Origin: Callorhinchus milii
Taxonomy: Eukaryota
NCBI RefSeq assembly: GCF_018977255.1
Contig: NW_024704743.1
Location: 58,592,001-58,656,000, forward strand
Direction: 5' to 3'
DNA: 64,000 nt
Shown: one piece after another, positions 12,241 through 25,915 of the stretch
Layout of the letters: each line of letters starts with the position of its first letter
Numbering within the stretch: position 1 is the first letter of the stretch
Translations under genes and position numbers: made by a program
Notes under the pieces: generated by a model
What the model was told of the DNA's origin: nothing
The model's database searches: none
The model's input: only the letters and a program-made list of their open reading frames with translations

Positions 12241-12430
12241 AATAATAATAATAATAATCTGTGCATTTCATATAGTGCCTTATCACATTCGAGATGTCTC
12301 AAAGCGCTTCACAGGATATAGTGCAAAGTGTAGTGATTGTATATTTTATGGGCAAGACACGGCAGCCAATTGCGCAGAGCAGTGTCCCACAAACAGTCAT
12401 GGAATTAGTGACTAAATTATGATTATTATT
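12241..12430 (-). mobile_element. SINE 3' half
   Basis: Reverse complement of the SINE core plus (tta)n tail. Confidence 0.87.
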
Positions 12431-12525
12431 CGATATACATGAGGATAAAACAATTATAAATCACTTGTGCAGTAAAAACTGATGCCAGCAGATATATATA
12501 AAGATCATTGATTCTCCATGCATGT

Positions 12526-12921
12526 GAAGTCCTGTAGCTCAGTGGTTAGACCACTCCCCTCGCAAGCGAGAGAACCTGGGTTTGATTCCGTGGCAGGGCA
12601 AAATGTTAGGCAAGTTTCCTTACTCCACATGCCTGTTTACCTAGCAGTAAGTAGGAACCTGGTTGTTAGTCGATTAGGTGGATTGCTTTTCCGGAGGTAA
12701 TAATTCTTTCAAAAAAAATTAATTAAAAACAACTAACAATAATAATTAAAATGTGTTCACTTAATCCATAACTGTTTGTGGGACACTGCTGTGTGAATTT
12801 GGCTGCCACGTTTCACCCACAAAATACAGTCAATTCACTTTACAGTATAGTATCTGAAGCACTTTGAGACATCTCGAATACATGATAAGGCACTGTACCA
12901 AATGCAAGGATTATTATTATT
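12526..12921 (+). mobile_element. SINE family 1, full length, with 8-bp TSD
   Basis: A/B-box head, body, core and (tta)n tail; atgcatgt at 12518-12525 and 12922-12929. Confidence 0.93.
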
Positions 12922-13877
12922 ATGCATGTCTGGGTCACACTATGATTTGTCTAACTCATTCAGTGACAAAGTTAATTAGGAAGAATTCTGCAAACTGGAG
13001 TCCAACCCAACTTTCTGGCAGAATTTATGTTCAAGCAAAATACAGTAATAATGCTTTCTTTTTCAATAAAATCAAATTTCTTTTTGCTTGAAAAGTTCTC
13101 CGTCTCCGCTAAGCAGTTTGAGTTAGTGCTGAAGATGCATGAAGGCAATGCTGAACTTTCCAGTCTGCAAAGGCATGAAGGAGAATCAATGACATCCATC
13201 TGGTGGTACAAAATACAACATTGTCAGCTTCAGATCTCTGCACCAAAGGAACATGTGGTTAAAAAAACCTGACAGACGATTTTACTTCCGAGCAAAGTGT
13301 TTGAAATTCCAGTGTTTCCAATAGGGCAAAATCTTACTTGAAATGAAATGTGCCACAATGCTTTATTTATATAATGTTGAATACAGTTCAGTACAATATA
13401 TGACTATATCAATTCAATAAAAATAAATTGCTGAGAATAGCAGCAGCATAGTGGTAAAGCATTAATAAATAATACTCAGCTCAAACCATTGCAGCTTCTA
13501 AGCTGAAGGATGACTATAGGGATAAATGGTATTTATTAACAAGACAAGAAAATGGGAGAATGGAGAAACAATTGAAAGTAAAAACAAATGAATTTGAAAA
13601 TGCAAGTATTTGAAACCTTGATTCAGACATATACTTTTTAAAAGGAATACTGCTTTGATAATGCTGTTCAAAATGCGGAACTTGCTAATCAGAACATATC
13701 CATTTTTCAACTTAATTGCAAGATTCACAAACAATTCTGAAGGATTCTGAAGGCTGGTAGAGACAGTTTCTAATGCATTTATGATTTGGAGATACAGATT
13801 CTGTAGATCGTAGAGTTTAGACACTGTTGACAGTGAAGAGTAGATAATATAAATAGTGCACAGTGTAGACACTGTAA

Positions 13878-14210
13878 AAATAATAATAATCCTTGTTTTT
13901 GATAAAGCACCTTTTCACATCGCCAAGACATCTCAAAGCGCTTCACACAATATACTATAAAGTGTGTATTTTGTGGGCTATATTGTAGATAGTGGATAGT
14001 GTAGACACTGTAGATAGTGGATGGTCTAAAAATGTAGACAGTAGATAGCAAAATAAACCTTTGATTTTGGTACAGTGCCTTTCAGGTCAGGAGGACATAT
14101 CAAAGTGCTTCATAGGATGTATTGTAAAGTGTAGTGACTGTGTATTTTGTAGAATGCAGCAGTGAATTTGTGCACCGCCATGTTTCACAAACAGCCATGA
14201 AGTAAATTAC
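13878..14210 (-). mobile_element. Two SINE 3' fragments embedded in a degenerate gtagat/gtagacact tandem tract
   Basis: aataataatccttg...tctcaaagcgcttcac at ~13880 and a second copy from ~14050; repeated gtagatagtggat units in 13800-14050. Confidence 0.75.
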
Positions 14211-15130
14211 CTGACATGTATTTTGTTTCTAACATATGCCTGGTATCTCCCTTTAAAATAATAAAGGGAGCCTACTTGTCAATCTTAGGCGTGACGGTTT
14301 AAGATGCCAGGGAGACCATGTAGATGTAGACATTTCAAATAGTTTGATGTCTCCGTTACTCAATGATATGAAAGAGTCACCAATATGAAAGCGTCCTTGT
14401 AGTTGAGTGATTGGTAGCTGGTAAAGTACAGTTAGACCTGACTCCAAATCACTCTCACCCAAAGTGAAGTTCAAGCAAAAGAGAAGCCACAAGTGCAAAG
14501 AAGGACTCCACCAACTGGCACCAAATGCTAGTTGAATTGCAACTGTTAATAAGGTGTTGAGAGTGCTCCCCGATATCTAATAAAATAAACAAGTCGGATA
14601 GCTTGTCCCAAAATGTTTAAATGTAATTTTTATTATGTTTAAAAATTCTTTTTGGCTTGGTTTCAGTCAGACGGGAGTTATAATGGAGCTATTCGATTAA
14701 CTTCTGAAACCTCTGGTTTTGTGGGGATGACTTGAAATCAAATCAATGTCACTTTGTGCTATTGTTTTAGCATTGATTCGACATGGTAACCACATTGAAT
14801 TGACAGAAATTGTGCAGAATCACTCGAGCTTTAAAAGCAGGTACAGCCATTCTGTCAATTTATGCAACATTCTTTATATTCTTGCAGTATTATTCAAAAG
14901 AAAATGACACGTATTTCTTTGATGCTGAATTTTATTGGCATTGATTTTCATCATCTGATTCATGCTCTTCAGAAACACAACATACTCATACTCTAAAAAG
15001 AGTCATTCAGTTGGTTTGTACCTCATGTGTAATCATAGAATCCCAGAATATCGTAGCTATTTGGCCCACTCAAGTCACTGCTGATGCTTTTCTCCACATG
15101 AGTCATTTGATCTCATCTCAGTCTCCTACT

Positions 15131-15645
15131 CTTTTTTGGTCAGTCTGAGAACCCATCACTGTATTTAAGAATAAACACTGTGAACCAGACTGAGAGTTCC
15201 ACGTATGTATGCTACTTACACATGGAAACTTCCCTGTGTCTGGAATGGAATACATACTCTCTCACTGAAGGAATGCACCCTAATTCTGCAGAATATCAGG
15301 TTCAGTGTGCATTTGGGTTCTACTGGAGTTCAACCAACTATAGCCCATAGACTGTCATGGAACGCTATCTTGTCCAGCTAGGACCACCAACTCTTTAGGG
15401 TTTTGTCTTACAGAGTTACCGATGCTGAGTAGGAAGACTCCCTGCCCCAGTGACTGGTTACCCCTCCAAGTCCTACCAATGAGGTAAACTAGCTTCGTTA
15501 TCATCAGCAGTGCCCTGGCGTACTGCACGACCACCGGACTCAGCAACCAGACAACTGGGACTGCCACAGAGGGTAACTCGATTCCAATATTCTGTTGCTA
15601 ATCATGTCACCTTGGTGCCAGCTGAGCTCGCGCAAAGAGGATATC
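15131..15645 (-). repeat. Unclassified interspersed repeat, copy B
   Basis: Reverse complement aligns with copy A (gagctcagctggcaccaaggtgacatg...cagggcactgctgatga) and copy C (tttccatgtgta...aactctcagtctg). Confidence 0.65.
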
Positions 15646-18099
15646 TTGCTCTCCTTCTCACTCACCAAACCCTTTAATATTGCTTTTTCCCAGTACCTAT
15701 TTAATTCACTTTTAAGGGAATGTAGGGGTTCTGCTCCAGTGATGTGTGCTTTTCCTACAAAATACAGTCATAACCCTCTGCGCAAATTCTGTGAAACATT
15801 TTGAGATATTTCAACAACGTGATAAAGCCTTATATACAAAGCAAAGATTATTATGATTTCTCTATTCATAACATCTGGCAATCTGTCCAGATCTTCGGGG
15901 TCTGATTTCTAATGAGCAGCCCAGCTACTTCCATCTTCTTAGGTTGCAACGTTAGATGTAATTGGATTTCTGTTTTCTTATTCCATCATTAGTTATGTTT
16001 TTTTTCTATTTTACATTCAATAAAAAAAGAAAGTATTTGTTCTCAATTTTGTTTTTGCCATGGTCTTAATGAATGACTTGATGTTTATTTGCTTGATTAT
16101 CAAGAGTTTCACTAACATGTCAGATGTCCTTCAGCTTTTCCAAGTCACATAATTATTTCATTGTCTACGTCTGCGCTGCTTGTAATTTGATTTCCATAGT
16201 AATTAAAGTTCCTAATGGTTCTTGTTCTCTTTCCTGCTTTACAATGTGTTCATTATGCTATTGGCTCAATTGGTAGTAATATCCCCTCTGAAAGTTGTGG
16301 GTTCAAGCCTCAGGTCGGGCATTTGAGCTCATAGTCTGGGTCGATGCTCTAGTGCAGTGATAGGAAGTGTTGCATATTTGGAAGTGCCATCCTGGTTTGT
16401 ACCTCAATGTACTTAACACCAATAGCAACTCGCATTTATACAGTGCCTTTCACGCAGGCAGTGTCTCAGAGCGCTTAAAACATGAATGCATCACAAACCT
16501 CTATGTTGGGAAAGCCTACGATTAAAGTTAACAACAGTAAAAATATCTTGTTAGTTATAGGCAACCTATTTGAATCTACTTGAGACACTATCCTGCATGA
16601 AGGGTGCTGTATAAATGCAAGTTCTTGTTGTTGTTGAATGAGAAATTCACAATGAAGAATCAACACCTTAACAATTCATGGTGCAATACATCATTAGAGT
16701 CACGTGATCTGCCGGATGTCTTTTTGCTTAATTGTTTATTAGGAACTCAGTTTCTTCGTGTTAAGAGCCAATAATCCTGGTCAATGTGCCTATCAAAGCA
16801 TTGTCACAGTTTTTGTTGCAAATCCACAGAGGTTTTGCTCATCATTGGCCCAATCCAATCCATTCTGAATGCAAGATCTACCTGCTGAATGCCTATTTTC
16901 ACATTTAACTGTACCATTCCTGTTCAGATTTCTCTTATGCTACACTAAATCCTCATTCATGCTTTCCATAATCCTTATTAGTTTTGCAAGTATTCTGTAA
17001 AAATGTAACTATCCTCCACAGAATCAACTTCAAACACTTGTGAAAGCCTTTTAATTCAATTATGTTCAGCATCAAAGTGTGCAGAAATACCAACGTTCAC
17101 ATCTGAATATTACACAATTGACCCAACTGCAATGTTTGAAAAGCTCGAGAGCTTTTCTTTTAATACCAATTCACATTGTTCAGGGTTACTTTTAAAGCAG
17201 CCTTTCAGACACAGCTAGAAAAGTAATCCTTCTCCAATATGTATATTTGATGAAGTCCTTATTTTCTTCCTAGAAACAACATCCTAGAAGAGACAGTCAA
17301 AGATGGAGAGCACTGATCGCATGGAGATGGACACGGTTTATTTGTAGAGGGGGAGGTCACAGTGAGCCTCCAGTGTGCCTGGAAGGGAAAGACAACAGTG
17401 ACTAATGTTTAAAAGCAGCGGGTACATGTCTGTGATACATTTGGGTTTTAACTGCACCGAGATACTACCCACATGAAGGGTGCTATATAAACGCAAGTTG
17501 CTGTTGGTGTTCATTAGCGTTCTGCACATTCTCTACATGCCAACCTCACTCACAGTATCCCACCTCGCTCCTTGACCACTCACAACACTTGGGTCCAAAG
17601 CGCTTTGAAAGAGGACGATGTATATGTCACTGAGGCCAGGCCCAGCTTGGGCATAAGGCTAGGCCTGAGGCTCACCTGGCTCTGCACTGAGGCTGCTTGC
17701 TCTAATCCAAGGGAAATAACCTGTTGAGTAACAGCTTTTAGACTCCCCAGATTCCACCTCCCTATCAGGTATACAGTACAAGGCTCCTTTGGAGTGGTCC
17801 TTACAGTAGTAGAATCAGTCCCAAAATCTGTTACAATATTACGCTCTGTTGCAGGTGGGATTAAAAAAGAGGCTAGCAATAAACAAAGATTAGCAGACAC
17901 TACTTCAGAAAGCAATCTAATTATAAGAGAGATAATATTTTGTTACAATAATATTTCAAAACATTCCTGAACAACTCCATATAGAGATTATTAAATGGCA
18001 GAAAAAGAACACAAATATCAGCAGTATAGAAGAGGACAAGGAGGAATACATTTGTATAGCACTTTTCATATCTGGAGGATGTCCAAAAAGATGTAACAC

Positions 18100-18420
18100 A
18101 ACTTTACTGACCCAGCCACTCCATTCGCTCAGCGAACACCAGCCTGCTTTGTGTCCCCCTCCCTATCGCCAACCATCAGTGGTTGGCCTTTCAGTCATTC
18201 TGCCCCATTCTGTGGAACTCCATCCTAGAATTGTTCTGATCCTCTCCCTCCCTCCTTTTGTCTAAGGCATGTCTCAAAACATATCTTTTTACCGTGCTTT
18301 CAATCATCTTTCATCTCCCACTCCCCTCAGCTCCTCCGCCTAGCTTGGGTGCCCACGCAGCTTTGTCAAGTTCTTTGGGATGTCCCCCTGATGTGAAAGG
18401 CATTATATAAATGTAAATAG
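18100..18420 (+). mobile_element. Old L2 3' fragment
   Basis: ctgtggaactccatcc...ttgggatgtccccctgatgtgaaaggcattatataaatgtaa. Confidence 0.8.
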
Positions 18421-18753
18421 CATTATAATTGTATTAATATCATCCGCAAGTTGAGGTGAACTATCTGATAATAATTAAATTCATAAAAATGTTTAATCTA
18501 GAGAAGTACACCAATGCAGAAACTCACTAGTGCCTCAACCCAAAATGCCTGTTTTCAAGTGGATGTTAAATTTCTTATGACACATTTTCAAAAGAAAATC
18601 CTTGAACTTGAAAAGTTGAGAAAAAAATTAATTAAAAGACAGTTGAAGCCTTGAAAATGGTGTGTAGTGCAGTTAAAGGTGAGCAAGGGGAAAGAGGAGG
18701 AAAGATGTGGTGAGAGTGCCTCACTAACAGGTGTGTGGGATGTGTGCTCTTAC

Positions 18754-18805
18754 CAAGGTAGCAGTGGAGGCTCATCATCTGTGTTGTGTCCTCCAAGCAC
18801 AAAAT
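18754..18805 (-). other. Candidate 52-nt internal exon of an unidentified minus-strand host transcript
   Basis: Minus strand: ttttactgatttttattgtctttttatgacAG | ATTTTGTGC...CTACCTTG | GTAAGA. Branch-like ctgat, U-rich tract and strong donor; two open frames (ILCLEDTTQMMSLHCYL or FVLGGHNTDDEPPLLP). Confidence 0.5.
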
Positions 18806-19339
18806 CTGTCATAAAAAGACAATAAAAATCAGTAAAAGTTTAAAAAATGTCAATATTGCCAACCTAGGTTATTTCCCAGCAGTTAACTCCAGACTATCGC
18901 TCAATAGACTTGACATGATTAAATTACAATAGTTAATCCTTCAGAACATCATCACACATCAATTTACAGGATAGAGTGTGCTAGTCCTGTGTGCTACCAG
19001 CAACTGACACAATGCAAGGTAAATAGAAATTGAGTGAATAGAGAGTTCCTTCAGGTCTGTTTCTCCATTCAGTTTGATAAAGGGTGACAGATTCTGAAAT
19101 CCTTTCCATTTGACCCACTTCTAATACACAAAGGATTTCTGTACTCAAAACGGCACTGTTCATATCCCTCGTAGAATACCAAAATGGATCTTCATACTAT
19201 AGCTAAAGACATTCATTTGTATTTCTTCATTAAATAATGAATGTTTATCAAGGCCTAAGGGCAAAATAGAAGCTAATTGTACTAATGAGGCTTTCTATTT
19301 CAAAGGAGTAGACGTAATCTAACTGGTAAATGTAGGAAG

Positions 19340-19900
19340 AAAAGTGACTGAAGGTTCGTGAAGATAGTCTATCCTCCTTGGGGAAAGTGGGATCCCCTTG
19401 GAGTTGAGTTGGCTCCAAGGTGATGTGCTTAGGAACGGAATGCCAAAATCAAGCCAGCCTAACTTATTAGAATATTTGCATTTAATAACTTTTTAGCCAG
19501 GATTTAGAGAGGTTGATCAGTCCCTGGGAGTTGGGATTTTTCCCACTCAGCTCCTGATAACCCTGCAAGCCAAAGCCCTAACAGGTAAGGTGGTTCTCGC
19601 TGAACAAATGGCAGGAAGGCAGACAGTGCTTTCAATGGGAAGCTCTGTGGTTTTAGCTGGTTAAACTTCAGGAGTACCCCCAACACACACTCTCGGGTCC
19701 CAAACTTTAGCTTTTGCCAGAATTAGGTAAGCAGGGTGTACCCCACCAGGAAGAGCATGTGCGTTCCATTTCAGACACGGGCAAATTTCCATGTGTAGAT
19801 GGCATACGTATGTGAAACTCTCAGTCTGATTTGGATACTTTTAGACATGATGATGGGCCTCAGCATGTGTTAGACACTGGCTCACCAAAAATAAATGGGA
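19340..19900 (+). repeat. Unclassified interspersed repeat, copy C
   Basis: Colinear with copies A and B; ends ttagacactggctcaccaaaaataaatggg. Confidence 0.65.
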
Positions 19901-21974
19901 GACCAGAATAAATGTTCAATAATTCCAAACTGGGGAAGTGATATGGAGGTCAAAAATGTTTCTACACACAATGGGCCCAATGTTCATCTTTGGATTGTAA
20001 CATTCTACATTTTAACTCACTAGCAAATCTCATACAAGAATAATGGGCACTGGTAAGAAGTTCTATACTTTAGTGTAAGTCAACATCTCCAGGAGAGGAG
20101 GAGGAGAGTAAATTCATAGTAAAACTTCACTTCAATTACTGTAGAATAAGTTAATCATTTTCATTTCTTTCAATGCAATTGCCATGCATATTCATAAGGA
20201 TTGAAGGCATATTTACCCAAAAACTAAATCTGCCTAATCTTAAAAAAAAGCCTCATAAGATTAAAGGGCCTGTGTAAATAAATATAAGAAGGATAATTGT
20301 TCATACAATTGAATAATGTTTCCATAAAGTTCAAATAATAGTACCAAATCACATTCGTACAATACTATAATTTTCCCATCTAAGAGTAAAATATATTTTC
20401 CCCTTTGATATTCTTATGATATCTTTCCTCATTTGAAGATTGAATATCATAAATAGAATCACCGATTTTCCACATAAAGATGCAAAACGAGCTTATCGAT
20501 CTGGTTGACTACCTAATGAAGGCAAATTTTCCATCTTTTGTTTCAGTTTTGGAATTAATGAATATTAGACCGACTAAAACGTTTACTTTAGCACCAGGTG
20601 AAATGTTTTTCCTCTAGTGGGTTGATTTTCTGTTCGGCCTTACAGATAGCAGCAGAGCTGGTAGGTAACATGTTCTTCAGGAGCAGAAGAACAGAGGAGT
20701 CAATGAGAGAACACTGCAACAGATTGACATTTATGGCCAAATTATACCCCATGTAACAGATGTACAAGATGACACAGAAATACCACCAACCAGCAAAGTT
20801 ACTGTGTGTGACTTGTCGCCTGTTGACCCAGATGTCTAACAATAAGCTGGTGAGGGAGGTCAGTAAAAATACTCTGATCCACAATCACTCAGTGAATACA
20901 CTCCATAACCACTCAGTAAAACACTCCAGACTCACTCTCATTTATATAGCACTCTTCATTCACGATAGCGTCTCAGAGTCTGAAACTATCCAACATCACC
21001 CCAACCCTGTGGAATTCTTAGGTATATTTGACCTTAATGTTCTGTCCTTGGGATCCATTTCTACACTTCTACAGCTGTCTTTACATGCACCTAGGTACTG
21101 GTTTAGGGATGTTACTTTCTACATTTCTGTCTATTTAACCTGTACCCTTCTTGCATGGAATAAAGTCAATCACTGTTATTGTGGTTGCAAAATTAATTCT
21201 TAAGCAATAGCATTACTGATCCACGCTGTAATTGTTGCCTCATGGCAATGTACCTTATCAACCTCTCTGCAAGACATTTACTATGATTTAATCCTGCTAG
21301 GGTATCTTTGCTATGTAATTGGCGTGCCATCTTAACTCAGTTGGTAGCACTCTTGTCTTTGGGTGAGGTTTTGAGTTTCAGTGTTATATTTGACCTCGAT
21401 CTTCTTGAGTTGAACTTGAGCTCATAGTCTGAGCTGACACTACACTACAGTATTGGGAGGAGAGTTGCAGTATTGGAGTTGCTGTCTCCTTAACAGGAAT
21501 CCCAAGCCTCCCTGCATAAGATCCAAGACTCTGAGAGATTCAGTGTCAATGGCGAATCTTTAAGGTCGGCCAAGAAAATAGATAAATAAATAGATGGCAT
21601 AAATCAAGAAATATTCAATTAAGAAAAAACTGAAAACACAGTACCAGTCAAGCATGGACTTATCTTGACTCACAGACTTGTGCAAATGTTCTGGGGGCCG
21701 CTTCTTGACTGCCCCACAGGTCATAAATTGGCCACCACTGCTCTACATCACTTTACAGGTAAATGCTGTCAAGTTTAGTGACTGTGTATTTCTGGGCAAA
21801 TATGGCAAGATTTTACAGTAATGTGTCATGTAGTGATGTGCAATGACTGTGTATTTGTATACAAATGCAGCAGACAATTTGTGCATGTTAATGTTTCACA
21901 AACAGCCATGAAATGGATGATCGATTCATCTGGATGTTTGTTGGCCAGGATACCAGGAGGAATGACCTCCTCTT

Positions 21975-22358
21975 TTCACTCTGGCTCAGTTGATAGCACT
22001 CTGGCTTCTAAGTCAGAAGGAGGTAGGTTTAAGCCTCATGTCAACACTTGGAACCAATCTAGACTGACACTCCAATGTAGTGCTGGGAGTGTGCTGCATT
22101 GTCAGAGGCGCCACCTTGAAATGAGACTTTAAACTGAAGTCCCATCAGTTTGTCCAGGTAAATGTTACAGATCCCATGGCACTATTTGAAAAGAGAAGGA
22201 AGTTTCTCTCAGTTTCATGGCTAACAATCCCCCAAATAAAATTGGTCATTCACTTCATGGCCCCTTGTGGGACATTTCTGTGCACAAATTGGCTGCTATG
22301 TTGGTCTACATAATATACAGTTAGAGTATATCAAATGTAAGGATTAACGTTATTATTA
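21975..22358 (+). mobile_element. SINE family 2 (SacSINE1/DeuSINE-like)
   Basis: tggctcagttgatagcactct head, atgagactttaaactga...gatcccatggcactatttgaaaagaga Deu-type domain, shared 3' core. Confidence 0.85.
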
Positions 22359-23586
22359 TGATCTTTGAAGTCAACCTGGCTAGGCAAACAGGTTATTGCG
22401 ACATCTGAACAATGTCATCTTTAACAAAGCACATCTCCCCCAGCACTGCATTGGAGTATTAGCCAAGGCTGTGACCTCAAACCTCAAAGACAAGTGCCTT
22501 GAACCCAGAATCTTGTATCCCAGAGGCATGACTGCTGCAACCTGAACCAAGTTGACACTCGAAGTTAAGAATCCACCATTTGTTGCTCGTGAAAGCTAAC
22601 TTTCTGATGGCTCCTACATATTGGTACAGCATAGATACCATAATGAATAAAACGTACTTCCCATAGTGGGAAATAGTCTGATGTCCTCCTGCACACTTAC
22701 AAATAATGCAGCACTTTATAAGCAAGAAATTAAACAGCAATTATAATGGAGATACCTAGAAATTGAGCTATCTAAACTCCATCAACTGGAAAAAAAAACA
22801 GCAAATGAAAACTAAACTATTGAATAGAAACAAATGAAGACACAGAATAATATTTGGAGAAAACAAATGGGAAAGTGATGCATGAAATTAAAAGAAAAAT
22901 ACACAGCATGTGAAAAACAATAATTTAAAAAGGCGACAAAAAGCGACATGAAAAAAATCTGCAAACAATTACAAAAATACGAAACCTATCCATTGGACTC
23001 TCCTGCTCATCACATCCCTCTTTTAACCCCCTTCCCCCCAGACTCCCTCACCACTCCACATCTATCCAGCCAAGCAAATTAGTTTATCTAGTTGTTGGCA
23101 CTTTTGTTAATATGATACAAATGTAATGCTTTGATGAAAACCCTGGATACGTATCAATACCACAACAACAACAACAACAAGATTCCATTTATAAAGCGCC
23201 TTTCACGTCAGGAGGACGTCCCAAGGTGTCACAATGACAATAAATATTAAACTCAGTAATCCCATTAATGCCCTGTTTTATACCAGGCAGAAAACAACAG
23301 ATTAGGTGTTGATATGGTATGTTTGGAGCCATGGGCACCCCTACTATCAAGACTGATCTTGTCCTCACCCACAACCATGTGCACACACCAGCCTGTTACT
23401 GGAACATGGTCAGGAGCAGGACCTCTCACTGATGTTTCATCTCCCCAATCCATTATAGAGGCCCATCAATTCAGATCTACTGATGAACAGATATTAATAT
23501 AAATTAGGATATTAGAAGGTATTTTCTCTCTGCGTGATGGTCATTCTGATACAGTCCTGGTAAACTGTCTGTATGTGTAATTAGGG

Positions 23587-23965
23587 TGTCAGCTTAGCTC
23601 AGCACCGATTTTGGGTGGAGTGCTATGTTGAGTCGAGACTTGATTTTATAGTCTGAGTTGACTTTCCAGTCAGTACTGTAGATAATGCTGCATCTACAGA
23701 TGAGTTGATAAACTGAGGTTCTGCCTTTATTTATAGGTAGAAAATAAAAATTCCATGACAATATTTGAAAAAGAAGAGTGATTCTCCAAATGTCCTGGCC
23801 AAAAATTTTCCAGATAAATAGGTGTTTCATCTCATCCCGTTTGTTGGATTTTGCTGGGCCAAATACCTACAAAAAAAACAGCCACTACACTCAACACTAT
23901 GTACCTGCAAAGCACTTTGTGGTGTTTCAACATGATAGGGTGCTATACAAATATGCGTACTTTCT
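23587..23965 (+). mobile_element. SINE family 2, old copy
   Basis: tgtcagcttagctcagc head, gatgagttgataaactgagg, ccatgacaatatttgaaaaagaag, L2-type end. Confidence 0.7.
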
Positions 23966-24179
23966 TAATCGAACGTCTTGTGAGTAAAACATCTGACCCT
24001 GTGAAGTAATGAAATAAATCTGATGCTTGTCACAGTCATCAGCCAATTAATTCTTACATTGGAGGTCGGGTAGAAAGCTACGGCTGACCTCCACTCACCA
24101 GCAGAGTGTCTAAACATGTCTTGCACCAGATAAGAATCAATAACCGAAATAGTCTCCTTTCACAATTCTAAATTTCCCG

Positions 24180-24520
24180 TTGTAATCCACTTTTACAATG
24201 ACAGCCGAAAAGTTGCCATGAACATAAGCACACCCATGAAGGTCATCGCTGAAGACACATAATCCATGGTGAATAATGCCAGAGCTATAATTTAATTAGA
24301 AGACCATCTGTCACTTTTTGTTTGATGAGCACTAAATGTCCAATTATCATTTAATATCTGCTCTAATCAGTTCTGGCAAATTTCTCAAGCACAGGAGCGC
24401 TGACATTAATTGATGGAAGCAGGATTGCAGGTGGCAGTGACTCGCGAGCTGTTGCTGTTCTTCTGAGCTCCAGATGTCAAAAAACAAGTTGAAAAAGGGA
24501 ATGTCAACCAAAAACTGGAA
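24180..24520. promoter_or_regulatory. Candidate conserved non-coding element / enhancer
   Basis: Repeat-free island with TGACAG (24199), ctgtca, tataatttaattag, ctaatcag and tgacattaattgatgg; inferred from motifs only. Confidence 0.4.
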
Positions 24521-25199
24521 ACCTTGAAGTGAGAAAAATCACCTCCTCAAATGTTATGTCAAATAAAAAGAATAATAATCCTTGCATTCGAAATAGCACT
24601 TTGAGATGCCCAGGATTTACTGTAACGTGATAGTGTTATGTAAGCAAATGCCTACAAATTATCACATTTTAAGCAATGATCATTTAAACCAGTTCAAACT
24701 AAAATAAAACAGACCATCGATGTACATAGTGGAATATTTATTGAATGTATTTATTCCAAAATGTATTTGTCACTTTCTTTGAATTAGGGAAAATTCTTAA
24801 CTTCAGTATTATTTCAACGATAGTTTCCCACAACATCAGCTTCCAAGTTAATACTGAATTGAACATTTTTCCACAGTTCTGTACAATCACACATTTTAGA
24901 TAAAATGGTTTTATAAGCCACGTTTCGCCCATAAAATACGCAGTAATTTCACTTGACAGTATATTCTGTTAACAACGTGATAAGGAGCTACATCAAATGC
25001 AAGGATTATTATTATTAATAAAGCTAGATGGAATTTCAGGCCATCACAATTTGCTAATTAGCACCTAATATTACCCGTGTCATTGTATTGGTATAAATAT
25101 ATTAACTTTATTTTGGGATTGTGATAATTGGTGCACAGATAGGATGCTAATGTGATGTTTGTTGGTGGTTTGGTTGGATGCTCATGTGGTGTCAGTTCT

Positions 25200-25665
25200 A
25201 CAACAAAATACAACAAATTACATTTGTATAGCACATTTCACGTCGGGAGGACTTCCCAAAGCGCTCGACAATCAGTGTTTCGGACCCGAACTTGGGGTCA
25301 GGATTGGGGAGGGTGGAGGGCAGGGGCGGGAAAAAGGGTGATCGAAGGAACGGTCGAAGAGGAAGATCTTGAGACGGATCTTGAAGGAGGCAAGGGAGGG
25401 ACGAGGCAGAGGGATAGCAGGGTGGAATTCCAGAGGGTGGGGGTAGAGTGGCTGAAGGCCCACCCACCAATGGTAGGGCAGCGAGGCGAGGGACGTGCAG
25501 CAGGCCAGAGCCAACTGAGCGGAAGGAACGGGTAGGTTGGTAGGGGGCTTGGAGGTTGCAGAGGTAGGCGGCAACAAGGCCATGGAGGATTTTGAAGGTG
25601 AGTGCCAGGATCTTGAAATGTATCCTGTGTGTGATGGGTAGATCCAGTATGGGTAGGGTGACATA
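25200..25665 (-). mobile_element. L2 3' fragment
   Basis: ORF 25198..25821 contains LPITHRIHFKILALTFKILHGL; (caa)n tail at the left end. Confidence 0.9.
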
Positions 25666-25671
25666 TGATGT

Positions 25672-25915
25672 TATAATATAATAATCCTTGGATTTGATAT
25701 AATGCCTTATCACATCATTGAATTGTCTCAAAGTGCTGCACAGAATATATTGTAAAGTGGATTGACTGTATATTTTGTGGGTGAAACGCGGCAGCCAATT
25801 GTGCACAGCAGTGTCCCACAAACAGTCATGGATTGAGTGACCAAATTATTATTTTGGGAGGATTTATTACCCCCGGAGAGTGATTCGCCAATCAACTAAC
25901 AACCGGGTTCCTGAC
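25672..25915 (-). mobile_element. SINE family 1, 5'-truncated
   Basis: Reverse complement of body (ggaacccggttgttagttgattggcg), core and tail. Confidence 0.88.

Noticed and set aside
13800..14050. Short interspersed direct repeats (also 20870-20935 and 58501-58554) as a CRISPR-like array
   Set aside because: Irregular, degenerate simple tandem units with no constant repeat-spacer period, in vertebrate DNA with no cas genes
17676..17720. Minus-strand 45-nt exon-like segment (cag|GTTATT...AGCCAG|gtgag)
   Set aside because: Good donor but poor pyrimidine tract; splicing it to the 52-nt candidate gives no recognisable peptide
20644..20713. Minus-strand exon-like segment ending TCT|gtaagg
   Set aside because: Ambiguous acceptor, weak exonic donor bases, no recognisable peptide
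21690..21740. hAT-like terminal sequence ttggccaccactg
   Set aside because: No matching opposite terminus or TSD found; too little to call an element
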